A stretch of 63,457 nucleotides of DNA, counting the filler, from Nitrospinota bacterium (GTDB lineage Bacteria > JADFOP01): NCBI GenBank assembly GCA_022562795.1. It is 7 parts of 7 records of this genome, joined end to end, with 100 filler letters (N's around TTAATTAATTAA, not from the genome) between each part and the next. Parts side by side here need not be neighbours in the genome. Positions count along the whole stretch, not along the records: positions 39,276 to 59,965 come from JADFOP010000001.1; 6 more parts are not named here. One strand, given 5' to 3'. How positions within the stretch are numbered: the first letter of the stretch is position 1; the number at the start of each line of letters is the position of its first letter. The translations under genes were made by a program, and so were the position numbers. Shown in pieces: positions 47,997 through 57,889 of this stretch. A model generated the notes under the pieces. The model was given only the letters and a program-made list of their open reading frames with translations. It searched no databases and had not been told where the DNA came from.

Positions 47997-49691
47997 CTAA
48001 TCTAGGCGAGGACGACCGGTCTGAAGGCGTCGGCGTTCGGCCGCGGCCTCGGCTGCCGCCTCTTCGGGGGTGACGATGAGGCGTCCGGCGTCGTGTTCTT
48101 CCCGGATTTCCTTGAGGTGGGCTTGGAGCAGTCTGTCGGCCCAGGTCCGCCAGAAGGGGTGTCCCGAGGGCTTAAGGAGAGGGTCGTCGCGGAAGGGGAG
48201 CACGCAGGCCAAGCAGAGGAGGGCGAGCTCCTGCTGGAGGTCGGTCCAGAATACGAAGGCCTGCTCTTCCAGGCGCGCCAGCAGCCGCTCGAAAAGATCC
48301 CCGGCGAACATGCGGTCGCACGCGACCATTAGCGCCTCGGCATCTGGCTCCTTGGCGGACGAGGGGGTGACGATGATGCTAGGCTCCTCGGCGGGCTCTG
48401 CCGCTCGGGCCACCGCCTCGGCCTCGATTCGCCAGAAGGTGACAGCCCCCAGTGGGTCGTCTAGCAGGGATGAGGTCTCGCTCGTAGAGTGACGGGCCCG
48501 CTCGATTGTCTCGGGCGGCATGGTCTCGTAGATGAGCGCCGTGGGTTGACCCGGCGGCGGTGGATGCACTCGCTCGAAGGCGCGATATTCCTCTGGCACC
48601 CCGCGGCCGGTATCTTCCGATCGGGCCGCGGCGGCGGCGAGTCGCCGTCCGGCCTCCATATTGTCGATCGCCACTATGGGAATATTCCGCTTGGCGTGCT
48701 CGGCTGAAAGCTCTCCCTTGATCTCCACGAGCTGCTTCCTAGTCGTGGAGCCCCAGGAAAAGGAGACCAGGCCCTCGGCGTCGCCGATTATCCCGTATCC
48801 GACATGGATGCCCCTGCCCGGGGCGGGAAGAGCGAACCAGACCAATCGTTGGCCTGCCTGGTCGAAGCCGGTGGTGAGGGCCTCGCCCTGCTCGACCTCG
48901 GCCGCCGGAAGGCTCCAGACGGCGGGCCCCTCTTCTTCTTCCACCTCGATGCCACGGCTTTTGAGCTTGTGAAGCAAGGAGCGGGCTTGCTTGGCAGTGG
49001 CCTTGGTTTCAGAGTGGGCCAGGCGCTGGAGCAGTGGGACCGCCTCGGCTCCGGGCAGGGCCGTCGCATTGAGGGCGAGGACCAGGGCCGTATCAAGAGA
49101 GGGCGTGATGCCCGCCAGGCGGCCCGCGTTGAGCCATCCGTCGGCGCCCAATCGTCCGAGGGCCTCTAGGAGCCCGGAGACGGCGGAGCTTTCATCGAAT
49201 GCCTCGAAGGGGGAGGCGGCCTGTGCGATGGCCTCCGTATCGCTTGTGGTCGCGAGGGTTTCCGAAAGCGTGGCCGCCGCCTGGTTCGCCCGGGCGAGGG
49301 TTTGGGTGAGGGAATCGTCTACCTCGCCCCCGCAAGCGCCCAGAGCCTCTACCGCCTGAAGGGCAAGCCCAGTGGCGAGAGGCCTTTCAAGGAGTTTATT
49401 GAGCGTCGCCGCGAGCTCTGCTGCCCCTGCGGCGGTGGCCAGGCTGAGGAGAGCCTCGGCCTTAGAGGGGTCGGCCCGCCCGACGGCCTGTCCGAAGGCG
49501 TGGGGCCCTCCTTCCTCGAGGGCGAGGGAGCGGGCCTCCGAGGCGCAGGACTCCTGGGCCTCACCCTGACTGGCCGAAAGCCACTCGTCGGCAAAGGCCT
49601 CCCATCGCTCGGCCAGGGCCCGTCGTCGGGAGGCGGCGACGGGCTGGGCCTTGCTGCCGCGTGCCTTTTTCTTCTTTTTTCGTTTCGTCAC
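47997..49691 (-). CDS. hypothetical helical protein
   Basis: 564-aa ORF with host-like codon usage; no motif recognised. Confidence 0.75.
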   Translation of the reverse strand: MTKRKKKKKARGSKAQPVAASRRRALAERWEAFADEWLSASQGEAQESCASEARSLALEEGGPHAFGQAVGRADPSKAEALLSLATAAGAAELAATLNKLLERPLATGLALQAVEALGACGGEVDDSLTQTLARANQAAATLSETLATTSDTEAIAQAASPFEAFDESSAVSGLLEALGRLGADGWLNAGRLAGITPSLDTALVLALNATALPGAEAVPLLQRLAHSETKATAKQARSLLHKLKSRGIEVEEEEGPAVWSLPAAEVEQGEALTTGFDQAGQRLVWFALPAPGRGIHVGYGIIGDAEGLVSFSWGSTTRKQLVEIKGELSAEHAKRNIPIVAIDNMEAGRRLAAAAARSEDTGRGVPEEYRAFERVHPPPPGQPTALIYETMPPETIERARHSTSETSSLLDDPLGAVTFWRIEAEAVARAAEPAEEPSIIVTPSSAKEPDAEALMVACDRMFAGDLFERLLARLEEQAFVFWTDLQQELALLCLACVLPFRDDPLLKPSGHPFWRTWADRLLQAHLKEIREEHDAGRLIVTPEEAAAEAAAERRRLQTGRPRLD

Positions 49692-49830
49692 AGAGGGCGT
49701 GGGCGCCTAATGGCGCGCCCAGGCGGGACGCGCCACGCGACGTTCCTCCAAGAAGGTTCCTAAGTTTTCAAGGAGAGGCATGTGGATGTGAGAACTACGG
49801 GCATTCAGGCAATTTCTCCCCCTGACACCC

Positions 49831-50478
49831 TTACTCCACAGTACCGTACAGCCTCAGCTCCACAAACTCCTCCATCGAGGCGCATTGGTAATATGGGTTG
49901 GTGGCTTTTTGCTCCCCGATGGTCGAAGTGGGTGTGACCCCGTAGTTGTGGCCGGGCCAGACCACGGTATCATCCGGCAGAGTGGCCAGACGCTGGAGGC
50001 TCCGCCAGAGCGCCTGAGGGTCGCTCTCTGGAAAATCGGCCCGACCGCAGTAGCCCACGAAGAGAGCGTCGCCGGTCAGCACCTGTTTGGTCGGGGCGTG
50101 ATAGAAGCTCACCCCGCCGGGCGTGTGGCCCGGGGTGTGGATGACCTCCAGGCGCACATCCCCAAGCGGAATGGTGTCGCCATCCTCAAGCTCAACAACC
50201 TCGTATTGTCCGGGCTTTTGGAACCGCTCGGCCTCGGCTACGTGTACGAATATCTTGGCGCCCGTTGCCTGCACGAGCTCGGGCACGCCGGAGCAATGGT
50301 CGCCGTGTGCGTGGGTGAGAAGGATGTTTTGAACCCGGAGGGCTTCCCGGTCGGCAAGCTCGAGGATTTCGGGAACCTTCAAAGACGGGTCCACTATCGC
50401 CCCGATGCCCGTCTTCTTGCAGCCCAGCAGGAAGCAGAAGTTCTGTTCGGGGCCGACCTCGGTGGCTTTCAGGAACAT
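49831..50478 (-). CDS. MBL-fold hydrolase (glyoxalase II-like)
   Basis: THAHGDH, TPGHT, TGD, PGH. Confidence 0.9.
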   Translation of the reverse strand: MFLKATEVGPEQNFCFLLGCKKTGIGAIVDPSLKVPEILELADREALRVQNILLTHAHGDHCSGVPELVQATGAKIFVHVAEAERFQKPGQYEVVELEDGDTIPLGDVRLEVIHTPGHTPGGVSFYHAPTKQVLTGDALFVGYCGRADFPESDPQALWRSLQRLATLPDDTVVWPGHNYGVTPTSTIGEQKATNPYYQCASMEEFVELRLYGTVE

Positions 50479-50759
50479 GTCTTACAATATCCTTTGGTCT
50501 AAGCAAGTTGCGGCCGTTGGAAGGCTCTACGAATCAACGCCCGGCACCGCCGGCATGTTGGGCTGAAGGCGCATTTACCTTATCATATGTTCCGCCGGTC
50601 CAAAGGGCAAGGCGCCCGTCGCCGGCCGTGGCCGTTGACACGGTTGGGGCTGAGGTGCTAAAGAACAAGCGCCGCGAAATCTTGAGACGACATTTCGTTT
50701 CTTGACCGAGCGAACCACCGAAACTACCCACACGTCAAGCTCACGATAGGAGGACCACT

Positions 50760-51158
50760 ATGGAGCTCGAGCCTGGCCTGGAGGCCGAGATTACCATTAC
50801 GGTTGGCGAGGATGACCTCGCCACAGCCTTCGGAAACGAAGGGGTGCCGGTCTTCGCCACCCCGGCGCTGCTTAGCTACTTCGAGTCGACCTGCCGCAAG
50901 GCGGTTGAGGGGGCTCTACCGGAGGGCAGCCTCACGGTGGGCACATGGGCCGAGATGAAGCACATGGCCGCCACCCCGCCGGGGATGAAGGTGACATTCA
51001 AGGCGAGGCTCACCGAGGTCGACCGCCGCCGGCTCCTCTTTGAGGTCGAGGCCCACGACGAGGCGGAGAAGATCGGCGAGGGAAATCACGAGCGCTACTA
51101 CCTCGACGCCGCGAAATTCCTCGAAAAGGCGAAGGAGAAGGCGGGCAGGCAGGACTGA
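50760..51158 (+). CDS. FlK-like hot-dog thioesterase
   Basis: VFATP...E...TVG...HMAATPPG...GNHER. Confidence 0.88.
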   Translation: MELEPGLEAEITITVGEDDLATAFGNEGVPVFATPALLSYFESTCRKAVEGALPEGSLTVGTWAEMKHMAATPPGMKVTFKARLTEVDRRRLLFEVEAHDEAEKIGEGNHERYYLDAAKFLEKAKEKAGRQD

Positions 51159-51264
51159 AGAGCCCCGGTTTCCTTGTCGGTGTAAGGGTGAGGCCGGCCC
51201 CTTCCATTTTCCCCGAATTTCCGCCTATTTCCGTTTAAGAGACTTTTTCTGCCCTATTTCGCTC

Positions 51265-51975
51265 CTAACGATTTTCCGTGATGAACTTTCGCGCCCGCCG
51301 GAATACGGCGTGGAACATCCGTCGGGTGAGGCGGCCCGTCTGGGTGTTCTGGCGGCTCGGGTGGTAGGAGGCGAGGAGACTCCGGCCCCCGGCCGCGAGC
51401 GTCCAGAGCCTGGCGTGGCGAAAAGCGCCCCTGGCGGGCAGCGGGCCCAGGCCGAGCTCGGGAAGGGTGGCAAGGATGGCCTCAAAGGCGATCCGACCCA
51501 GGGCCAGGTAAACGACGGCGTTTGTCAGGAGCCGTAGCTCACGGGCCAGGTATGGTCGGCAGGCGGCGAGCTCGGAGGCATCGGGTCGGTTGCCAGGAGG
51601 CGCGCATCGGGCCGCCGCCGTCACGTAGCAGCCCGTCAGCGCCAGGCCGTCGCCTCGATAGCGGCCCAAGGGCTGGGAGGCGAAGCTGGAGACGTGCAAG
51701 GCCCGCCAGAGCCAGTCGCCCGAGCTGTCGCCCGTAAAGAGCCGTCCGGTGCGGTTGGCCCCGTGGGCGGCCGGGGCGAGCCCCACCACGACCAGCCGAG
51801 CCGAGGCGTCCCCGAAGCCCGGAACGGGCCGGCCCCAGTAATCTTCCTCGGCGTAGGCCCGCCTCTTTTTTCGAGCGATCTCCAGGCAGTGGGCCCTAAG
51901 CCGCGGGCACCGCTCGCAGGCGACCACCTCGGCGGCGATCCCCGCTAAGTCGTCCGCAGCCCCCATGCCGCCCAT
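51265..51975 (-). CDS. uracil-DNA glycosylase family 5 (UdgB-like)
   Basis: CERCPRL, GLAPAAHGANRTGR.FTGD, YHPSRQNT. Confidence 0.92.
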   Translation of the reverse strand: MGGMGAADDLAGIAAEVVACERCPRLRAHCLEIARKKRRAYAEEDYWGRPVPGFGDASARLVVVGLAPAAHGANRTGRLFTGDSSGDWLWRALHVSSFASQPLGRYRGDGLALTGCYVTAAARCAPPGNRPDASELAACRPYLARELRLLTNAVVYLALGRIAFEAILATLPELGLGPLPARGAFRHARLWTLAAGGRSLLASYHPSRQNTQTGRLTRRMFHAVFRRARKFITENR

Positions 51976-52072
51976 CACTCCCGGCCCTCTTCGAGCGAGA
52001 TTATCGCCTCAGGCGTGGTGACGGCTGCGGACGGCACATCGTGGGGGTTGGCCATGCGGAGAAAACGGCTTG

Positions 52073-53140
52073 CTATCTTCCTTCCCCTCGTGCCTCTTCA
52101 AAGAGAAACGGCTCGATGTTGGTGGCGCCGTAGGCGGCGCCGGGGGAGCGCTCCACCATGTCCTTGGCCACGAGCGCAATCAGGCGCTTGACGCCCCGGG
52201 TCTTCTCCGGGTCTGTCAGGCGAAGCAGCCGTACGGTGGCCTGGCCCGGCTTCTCGCTCACCAGGACGAAGAACTTCTGCGCCAGCCCCTCCTCGACGAC
52301 CAGGGCTTTTAGCAAAGCGGCGGTGCCCGAGCTGCTCAAGTAGGCCTCCGTGGCCTTGGAGACGGTATCGCCCTCCTGGTGGGCGAGGGGCTGGAAGCTC
52401 GCTATGTAATCCGGCAGCTTCAAGGGACGCTCAACGACGATGTGCGGCATGGGCTCCTCCTTGGGAATCGTGAGGGGAGCGACTTTGCGGGGGGCTTCTG
52501 CCTCCCCTCGGCCCTTGGGGCGCCGCCGCCAGGCGGCGTAGTGGATGGACCGGCCCTCGGCACGATACTTCTTCTCGTAGCTCGTTATGATCCGGCCCCG
52601 CGCGCTGGCCAGCGGCGGGGTGAGCTCCTCCAGCCGTTCGAGGCGGGCTTCAGCTCCGAGGAGTTCCTCAATGGCCTCGAGGTAGTCGGTCACGTCGGTG
52701 ACCACCAAGAGGTAGCCGCCCGGCTCGAGGGTCTCGGTCAGGCGCGCCACCACGTCCGGCTGAAATAGCCGGCGCTTGGCGTGGCGTTTCTTGGGCCAGG
52801 GCTCGGGGAAGTAGACGTGGTAGGCGGCCACCGAGGCGGACGGGATGCAATGGCTTACGACGTAGGCCGCATCGGCGTACACCATGCGGACGTTGCCCGC
52901 CCCCTTTCGGGCGACCCTTCGGACGGCCTTGGCAAAGAACTTCCCGACGACCTCGATCCCCAGGAAGGCTCGATCAGGACTCCGCAATGCCGCGTCCACC
53001 AGAAACGTCCCGTTGCCCGTGCCGACCTCCACCTCCACTGGCCGCCCGTCACCGAAGATCTCCTCCCAACTCCAGGGCCTGGGCAGGTCGCGGAGCCGTA
53101 TCTCCAAATCCTTCGGGGCTATAGTAATAGGGGCCGACAT
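52073..53140 (-). CDS. trmB: tRNA (guanine-N7)-methyltransferase with an extra C-terminal domain
   Basis: EVGTGNG, FPEPWPKKRHAKRR, TD, TSYEKK; about 125 extra C-terminal residues. Confidence 0.88.
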   Translation of the reverse strand: MSAPITIAPKDLEIRLRDLPRPWSWEEIFGDGRPVEVEVGTGNGTFLVDAALRSPDRAFLGIEVVGKFFAKAVRRVARKGAGNVRMVYADAAYVVSHCIPSASVAAYHVYFPEPWPKKRHAKRRLFQPDVVARLTETLEPGGYLLVVTDVTDYLEAIEELLGAEARLERLEELTPPLASARGRIITSYEKKYRAEGRSIHYAAWRRRPKGRGEAEAPRKVAPLTIPKEEPMPHIVVERPLKLPDYIASFQPLAHQEGDTVSKATEAYLSSSGTAALLKALVVEEGLAQKFFVLVSEKPGQATVRLLRLTDPEKTRGVKRLIALVAKDMVERSPGAAYGATNIEPFLFEEARGEGR

Positions 53141-53231
53141 GGTTCGCTCCTCTTTTAACGACGGGGGTCACCGGCGGCGGCCCGGGTGAGGCCGAAGTCC
53201 CCTACGGGGACTGAATGTGTCGGGAAATAGA

Positions 53232-53247
53232 CGGCACGCAGTTTGCA
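53232..53247 (+). promoter_or_regulatory. possible sigma54 promoter
   Basis: CGGCAC-GCAGT-TTGCA about 200 bp upstream of the metE pair. Confidence 0.5.
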
Positions 53248-53453
53248 ACGTACTATCATGGCTTTAAACGCGCACGCCCGTAGTCTACCACATCTTCTAT
53301 ATAGGGTAGAAATGCCAATCTTTGCGTTATATATTGTTTGGCAGTGTGAGTTTAGGGAATACGTCGGAGCCCACAGGGTGCTTTTGGCCGGGCCTCGACC
53401 AGTAAATATAGCCGGCTAGCCGCGACGGCCTAAGGGGAAAAAGGAGAAACCGC

Positions 53454-54443
53454 ATGCGACTCACTGCGACCGCCAGTGGGACCTATCCGAGGATTGGGGA
53501 TCAGCCCGAGGAGCAAGTCCTTCGCAAGACCATCGCCGCCGTAGACCGGGGCGAGAAGACTGAGGCCGATATCGAGGAGGCCAGACAAGCCATGGTGCGG
53601 ATGGCCATCGCCGATCAGGAGGAGGCGGGACTCGATATAGTCACCGACGGCCAGATTGGCTGGTACGACCCGATAAGCCACCTGCTTCGGTCGGTCGCGG
53701 GGGTGGAGATTAACGGCCTGCTGCGCTACTTTGATACGAACAGCTATTTCCGCCAGCCGGTCATCGTTGGGGAGATCGAGGTGGGAGAGCCTCAGGTGGT
53801 TGGAGAATACCGTTACGCCGCCGGCGTGGCGAGCAAGCCTGTCAAGCCTATCCTCACTGGGGCCTACACCCTGGCCAAGCTCTCCATCAACCGCCAGGGG
53901 GTCTATCGGGACGTGGAGGCGTTGTGCGAAGCCATCGCCCCCGTGGTCGCCGCCGAGGTGGCCGGACTGGTCGATGCCGGAGCCGATCTTATTCAGATCG
54001 ATGAGCCGTGCGTCTTGAAGCACCCCGAGGAGTTCGCCCTGGTGGCGGCCTCCCTTGAGGCCGCCCGTTCAGCTGCTGGATCGGCCACACTCGCCCTTTA
54101 TACCTACTTCGGGGACGCCGAGCCCCTCTACGGCCAGCTTGTGGAGCTTCCTGTTGACGTGCTCGGGCTCGATTTTACCTACAGCCCGGGTCTAGCGGAG
54201 ACCGTCGCATCCCAGGGCAGCCCCAAGACCCTGGGCCTCGGCCTCCTGGATGCACGCAATACGAAGATGGAAGAGGAAGAGGAGATAGTTGCGGTTTTGG
54301 AAGCCCTCGCGCCTGCGTTAGCTACCGGCGAGGCTTACCTGAACCCCTCGGCGGGCCTGGAGTACCTGCCACGCGAAAAAGCCCGCGCCAAGTGTGAACT
54401 CATCGGCCGTATCTGCCGTCGCCTCGAAGGAGGGTTCTCATGA
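53454..54443 (+). CDS. split MetE, non-catalytic (N-terminal-like) subunit
   Basis: GTYPRIG, RYFDTNSYFRQP, QIDEP; Zn ligands absent (YTYF, PSAGL). Confidence 0.82.
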   Translation: MRLTATASGTYPRIGDQPEEQVLRKTIAAVDRGEKTEADIEEARQAMVRMAIADQEEAGLDIVTDGQIGWYDPISHLLRSVAGVEINGLLRYFDTNSYFRQPVIVGEIEVGEPQVVGEYRYAAGVASKPVKPILTGAYTLAKLSINRQGVYRDVEALCEAIAPVVAAEVAGLVDAGADLIQIDEPCVLKHPEEFALVAASLEAARSAAGSATLALYTYFGDAEPLYGQLVELPVDVLGLDFTYSPGLAETVASQGSPKTLGLGLLDARNTKMEEEEEIVAVLEALAPALATGEAYLNPSAGLEYLPREKARAKCELIGRICRRLEGGFS

Positions 54444-55444
54444 GTCGCGCCAAGCTGGAGGCCCTTGGGCTCAAGATTCCGATTTTGCCGACGACATCGG
54501 TCGGGAGCTTTCCCAAGCCCGATTACCTCAAGAAAGCCCGTATCCAATTCGCCCGTGGGGAGATCGACCGGAAGGAGCTTCGGACCCTCGAAGAGAAGGC
54601 CACGGCCTTTTGGATCGAGACCCAGGAGGAGCTTGACATCGATGTGGTCGTCGACGGGGAGATGTACCGGGGCGACATGGTGGCCTACTTCGCCGAGACC
54701 CTCGACGGCTTCACCTTGGGGGGGCTCGTCCGCTCATACGGCAACCGGTATTACAAGAAGCCCATCATCACGGGGCCTGTCGGGTGGCCCGGGCCCGTCA
54801 CCGTAGATTGGTGGCGATTCGCCCAGGAGAGGACAGAGCGGCCGGTCAAGGGCATGCTCACGGGGCCCTACACCATCATGGACTGGTCCTTCAACGAATA
54901 CTACCCGAGCCGGGCTGACGCCACCCTGGCGCTCGCCAAGGAGATTCGCAAGGAGGTCGAAGCGCTCGCCGAGGCGGGAGCCAAGATCATTCAGGTTGAC
55001 GAGCCGGCCGTCAGCACCCGACCCGAGGAGATGCCCCTGGCCGTCGAGGCCCTGGAGATCGTCACCCGGGATATGCCCGTCTACTTTATCACCCACATCT
55101 GCTACGGAGCCTTCGAGTTCATCTACCCCGGCATGCTCGACCTACCCGTGGACAACTTCGACCTCGAGATGTCAAACAGCGAGCTCGACCTCTTGGAGCT
55201 TTTCGTTCGGCACCCCTTTACGAAGGACTTCTCCTTCGGCTGCCTCGATGTCCACAGCCGCAAGATCGAGAAGCCTGAAACGGTGGAGGAGCGGCTCAAG
55301 CGGGTTTTGGAGTGTCTGCCTGCAGAACAGGTCTGGATTGATCCCGACTGCGGGCTCAAGACCCGCACCGTGGAGGAGGCGATCGAGAAGCTGCGGGTCA
55401 TGGTGGATCGGGCCCGGACCTTGCGGGCGACCCTCTCCGGGTGA
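54440..55444 (+). CDS. metE: split MetE, Zn-catalytic subunit
   Basis: TTSVGSFP, DGEMYRGDMV, KGMLTGP, HICYG, PDCGLK. Confidence 0.88.
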   Translation: MSRAKLEALGLKIPILPTTSVGSFPKPDYLKKARIQFARGEIDRKELRTLEEKATAFWIETQEELDIDVVVDGEMYRGDMVAYFAETLDGFTLGGLVRSYGNRYYKKPIITGPVGWPGPVTVDWWRFAQERTERPVKGMLTGPYTIMDWSFNEYYPSRADATLALAKEIRKEVEALAEAGAKIIQVDEPAVSTRPEEMPLAVEALEIVTRDMPVYFITHICYGAFEFIYPGMLDLPVDNFDLEMSNSELDLLELFVRHPFTKDFSFGCLDVHSRKIEKPETVEERLKRVLECLPAEQVWIDPDCGLKTRTVEEAIEKLRVMVDRARTLRATLSG

Positions 55445-55462
55445 CCCACCGGCTGCCCTCTG

Positions 55463-56080
55463 TCATACCAAGGAAGACTCCTCAGGCCCTGACGCTTCCT
55501 GATGCACCCAGCGGCGGGTGAGATACCAGAGCCCGACTGCGTCGTAGACGGCATGGGCGACCACGGGGGCCACGAGCCCCCCGCTGGCCTTGGCCACAAG
55601 CCCCAGGTAAAGACCCAGTAAGGCGGCATAGACGACGTAGCCCGTGCTCAGCGGGTGGCAGAGGCCGAAGAGCGCCGCAGCCGCGACCAGCCCCATCTCC
55701 GCCTGAATTACGCCCCGGAAGAGAACCTCTTCGCTGAGCCCCGCCATCCCTGCGATTAGTAGTATCTGCCACCAGGCCACGGGGCTCAACAGGTTGCGGA
55801 TTAGGGCGAAGGTCTCCTGGAGGCGGGCCACGCCGGGCCATCTACGGGCCCTCGGGCCCGCGAGCACCAGAAGGGCCCCACATGCAGGGAGGCTTGCCGC
55901 CAGCCCCGCCGCCAGGCCGGCTGAGGTGGGCAGAAGGGCTATGGCCAGCGGGAGCGCTCGCCAGCGCGCCCACGCCGCCGCAATGGCGAGCAGGAGGCTG
56001 CCGAGGATCAGCTGCCCGACGGTAAATGCCAGCGCGCTGCTTAAGGATCTTCTCGGAGGGCGGTCGGTCGACGGGCTCAC
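55463..56080 (-). CDS. CPBP family intramembrane metalloprotease
   Basis: EEVLFRG, FGLCH, HAVYD; GTG overlaps the upstream stop. Confidence 0.88.
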   Translation of the reverse strand: MSPSTDRPPRRSLSSALAFTVGQLILGSLLLAIAAAWARWRALPLAIALLPTSAGLAAGLAASLPACGALLVLAGPRARRWPGVARLQETFALIRNLLSPVAWWQILLIAGMAGLSEEVLFRGVIQAEMGLVAAAALFGLCHPLSTGYVVYAALLGLYLGLVAKASGGLVAPVVAHAVYDAVGLWYLTRRWVHQEASGPEESSLV

Positions 56081-56460
56081 AGAGTTTCGATGGGTTGACG
56101 TCCCCCGAAGCCGGTCTCGCGTTCGTGCCACCACTCAACAGACTCCTCGCCCAACATCCAGCAGAGGTAGACTTCGCGGCCATCTTTCAAGGCGGGGAAA
56201 TCGAGCAAGCCCTTGGAAATGTCCTTGAGCAGGCACCCGTGGCCGTGTAGCTCTTCGATGAGGCTGGCGAAGCGGGCCATCTCGGATAGGTATGGCCCAC
56301 CGCGGGCGTGGCCTCCGTTTGTGCGGACCATCTCTCGCAGACCTTCGATCTCGGCGTACTCCGAGCTCATATGGATTTCCTGGTCTTGAAGTCGCTGCAC
56401 GAGAGCCTCCAGGGTGGGTATGAGGGCGTTAGCTTGCTCGACGGTAAAGTGCTGCGTCAT
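56077..56460 (-). CDS. DUF2203 family protein
   Basis: FTVEQANAL, KDISKGLLDFP, YLCW..GE...WH....GF.GR. Confidence 0.88.
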   Translation of the reverse strand: MTQHFTVEQANALIPTLEALVQRLQDQEIHMSSEYAEIEGLREMVRTNGGHARGGPYLSEMARFASLIEELHGHGCLLKDISKGLLDFPALKDGREVYLCWMLGEESVEWWHERETGFGGRQPIETL

Positions 56461-56545
56461 GGTTTCTCCTGGCCAAATGGGAAAAGGGTTCGTCTGCTAT
56501 TGTAGTGCGTGGGTACCTGAGCGTCAAATGGGAACCCCCCGGCGG

Positions 56546-57199
56546 TTAAAGCAAAAAGGGCATCCCGCCGGTGAGAAATGGGTTTTGCTCTTTCTCTTGG
56601 CCGATGGTGGTGGCCGGTCCGTGGCCGGGGTAGATGACCGTCTCCGGCGGCAGGGGTAGGAGCACCTGTTCGATGGAGCGCATCAGGGTCGCGATGGAGG
56701 CCCCCGGGAGGTCGGTTCGCCCTATGGAGCCGGCGAAGAGCACATCACCAGAAAAGATGCATCCCTCTTCGGCGAAGTAGAGCGATACGTGGCCCGGGGA
56801 GTGGCCCGGGGTAAAGAGCACCTCGGCGGTGAGGTTGCCGACCTCGACCGTATCGCCCTCCTCCAGATAGTGGTCTACGACCGGAATACGGCCGTCCCCG
56901 ATGCCGAACATTGGGCCGACCTGGAGGAGCCTCTCAAGCAACGGCTCGTCGTCCCTATGAAGGTGGAAGGGTATCTCTAAGGCGTCTTTGACCGCCATGA
57001 CCGCCCCGACGTGATCGAAGTGGCCGTGCGTGTTGACGATCTTTGTCACTGTAAAGCCGCTCTCCTCAGCGGCCTTAAGGAGGCGGTCTGGCTCGTCGCC
57101 TGGGTCTATGAAGACGGCATCTTTGGTCTCCTCACAGCCCACGAGGTAGGTGTTCTCTGCCAATTGGCTCACGGTGAAGCAGGTTACGGCGATGGGCAT
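56546..57199 (-). CDS. MBL-fold hydrolase (GloC/YcbL-like)
   Basis: THGHFDH, TPGHSPG, GDVLFAGSIGRTD, PGHG. Confidence 0.9.
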   Translation of the reverse strand: MPIAVTCFTVSQLAENTYLVGCEETKDAVFIDPGDEPDRLLKAAEESGFTVTKIVNTHGHFDHVGAVMAVKDALEIPFHLHRDDEPLLERLLQVGPMFGIGDGRIPVVDHYLEEGDTVEVGNLTAEVLFTPGHSPGHVSLYFAEEGCIFSGDVLFAGSIGRTDLPGASIATLMRSIEQVLLPLPPETVIYPGHGPATTIGQEKEQNPFLTGGMPFLL

Positions 57200-57217
57200 G
57201 AGGGTCTCTTCCCGGAG

Positions 57218-57889
57218 TCAGTTGAGGATGGCCAGATCCCGGCTCAGGATGACCGTCAAGCGTCGGAGGCGCTCATCGATGTCGTCCATCTCGAGGAGCT
57301 CTTGCTTGTACTCGATGGCGAAGTCGGAGTGGGCGCAGAGGTAGTTGAAGATATCGATGGGACTGGCGAGAAGCTTGAGGACCTGTTGGGTGGCCTCGCG
57401 GTCCGCGTCCGGCCTCATGGACTGGACGCGCCTGAAGGTTCCTCGGGCACCCTCAGCCAGCCGACGGGTCTCGCCCGTCTCGTCCACGGGCTCGGTGAGC
57501 ACGGACACCTCTGCAATCCGGTAGGGAGTGGTTTGGACGGTTCGCTCGATTCTAACTCGGGCCAAGCCGTGAAGAAGAAGGTTCATATTGCCCCCCACGA
57601 GGCGGGCCACTCGCGTGATCTGGCCGACCCCACAGATCTCGGTGGGCTCCGGCTCGGAATCTTCGGCCTCCCAGCCGGGCTTGAGGAGCGACACCGCCAA
57701 GAGCCGGTCGCCTACGATGGCGTCGTTCACCATCTGACGATAACGTTGTTCGAAAATGTAGAGCGGTAGAATCTGCTGGGGAAATAATACGACGTTGGGC
57801 AGAGGAAAGACGGGCAGCTGCTGGAGCGCTGAGCGGTCTTCCTCTTCCAGGGGGGTGTCGGCTCTAAGCTCCGGGGGAATGTCGGTCAT
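57218..57889 (-). CDS. LON peptidase substrate-binding domain protein
   Basis: LPVFPLPNVVLFP...IFEQRYRQM. Confidence 0.9.
   Translation of the reverse strand: MTDIPPELRADTPLEEEDRSALQQLPVFPLPNVVLFPQQILPLYIFEQRYRQMVNDAIVGDRLLAVSLLKPGWEAEDSEPEPTEICGVGQITRVARLVGGNMNLLLHGLARVRIERTVQTTPYRIAEVSVLTEPVDETGETRRLAEGARGTFRRVQSMRPDADREATQQVLKLLASPIDIFNYLCAHSDFAIEYKQELLEMDDIDERLRRLTVILSRDLAILN

Noticed and set aside
53141-53453. SAM, SAH or cobalamin riboswitch upstream of metE
   Set aside because: Hairpins are present but I recognise no aptamer consensus; GAGGAGCG on the minus strand is the trmB RBS
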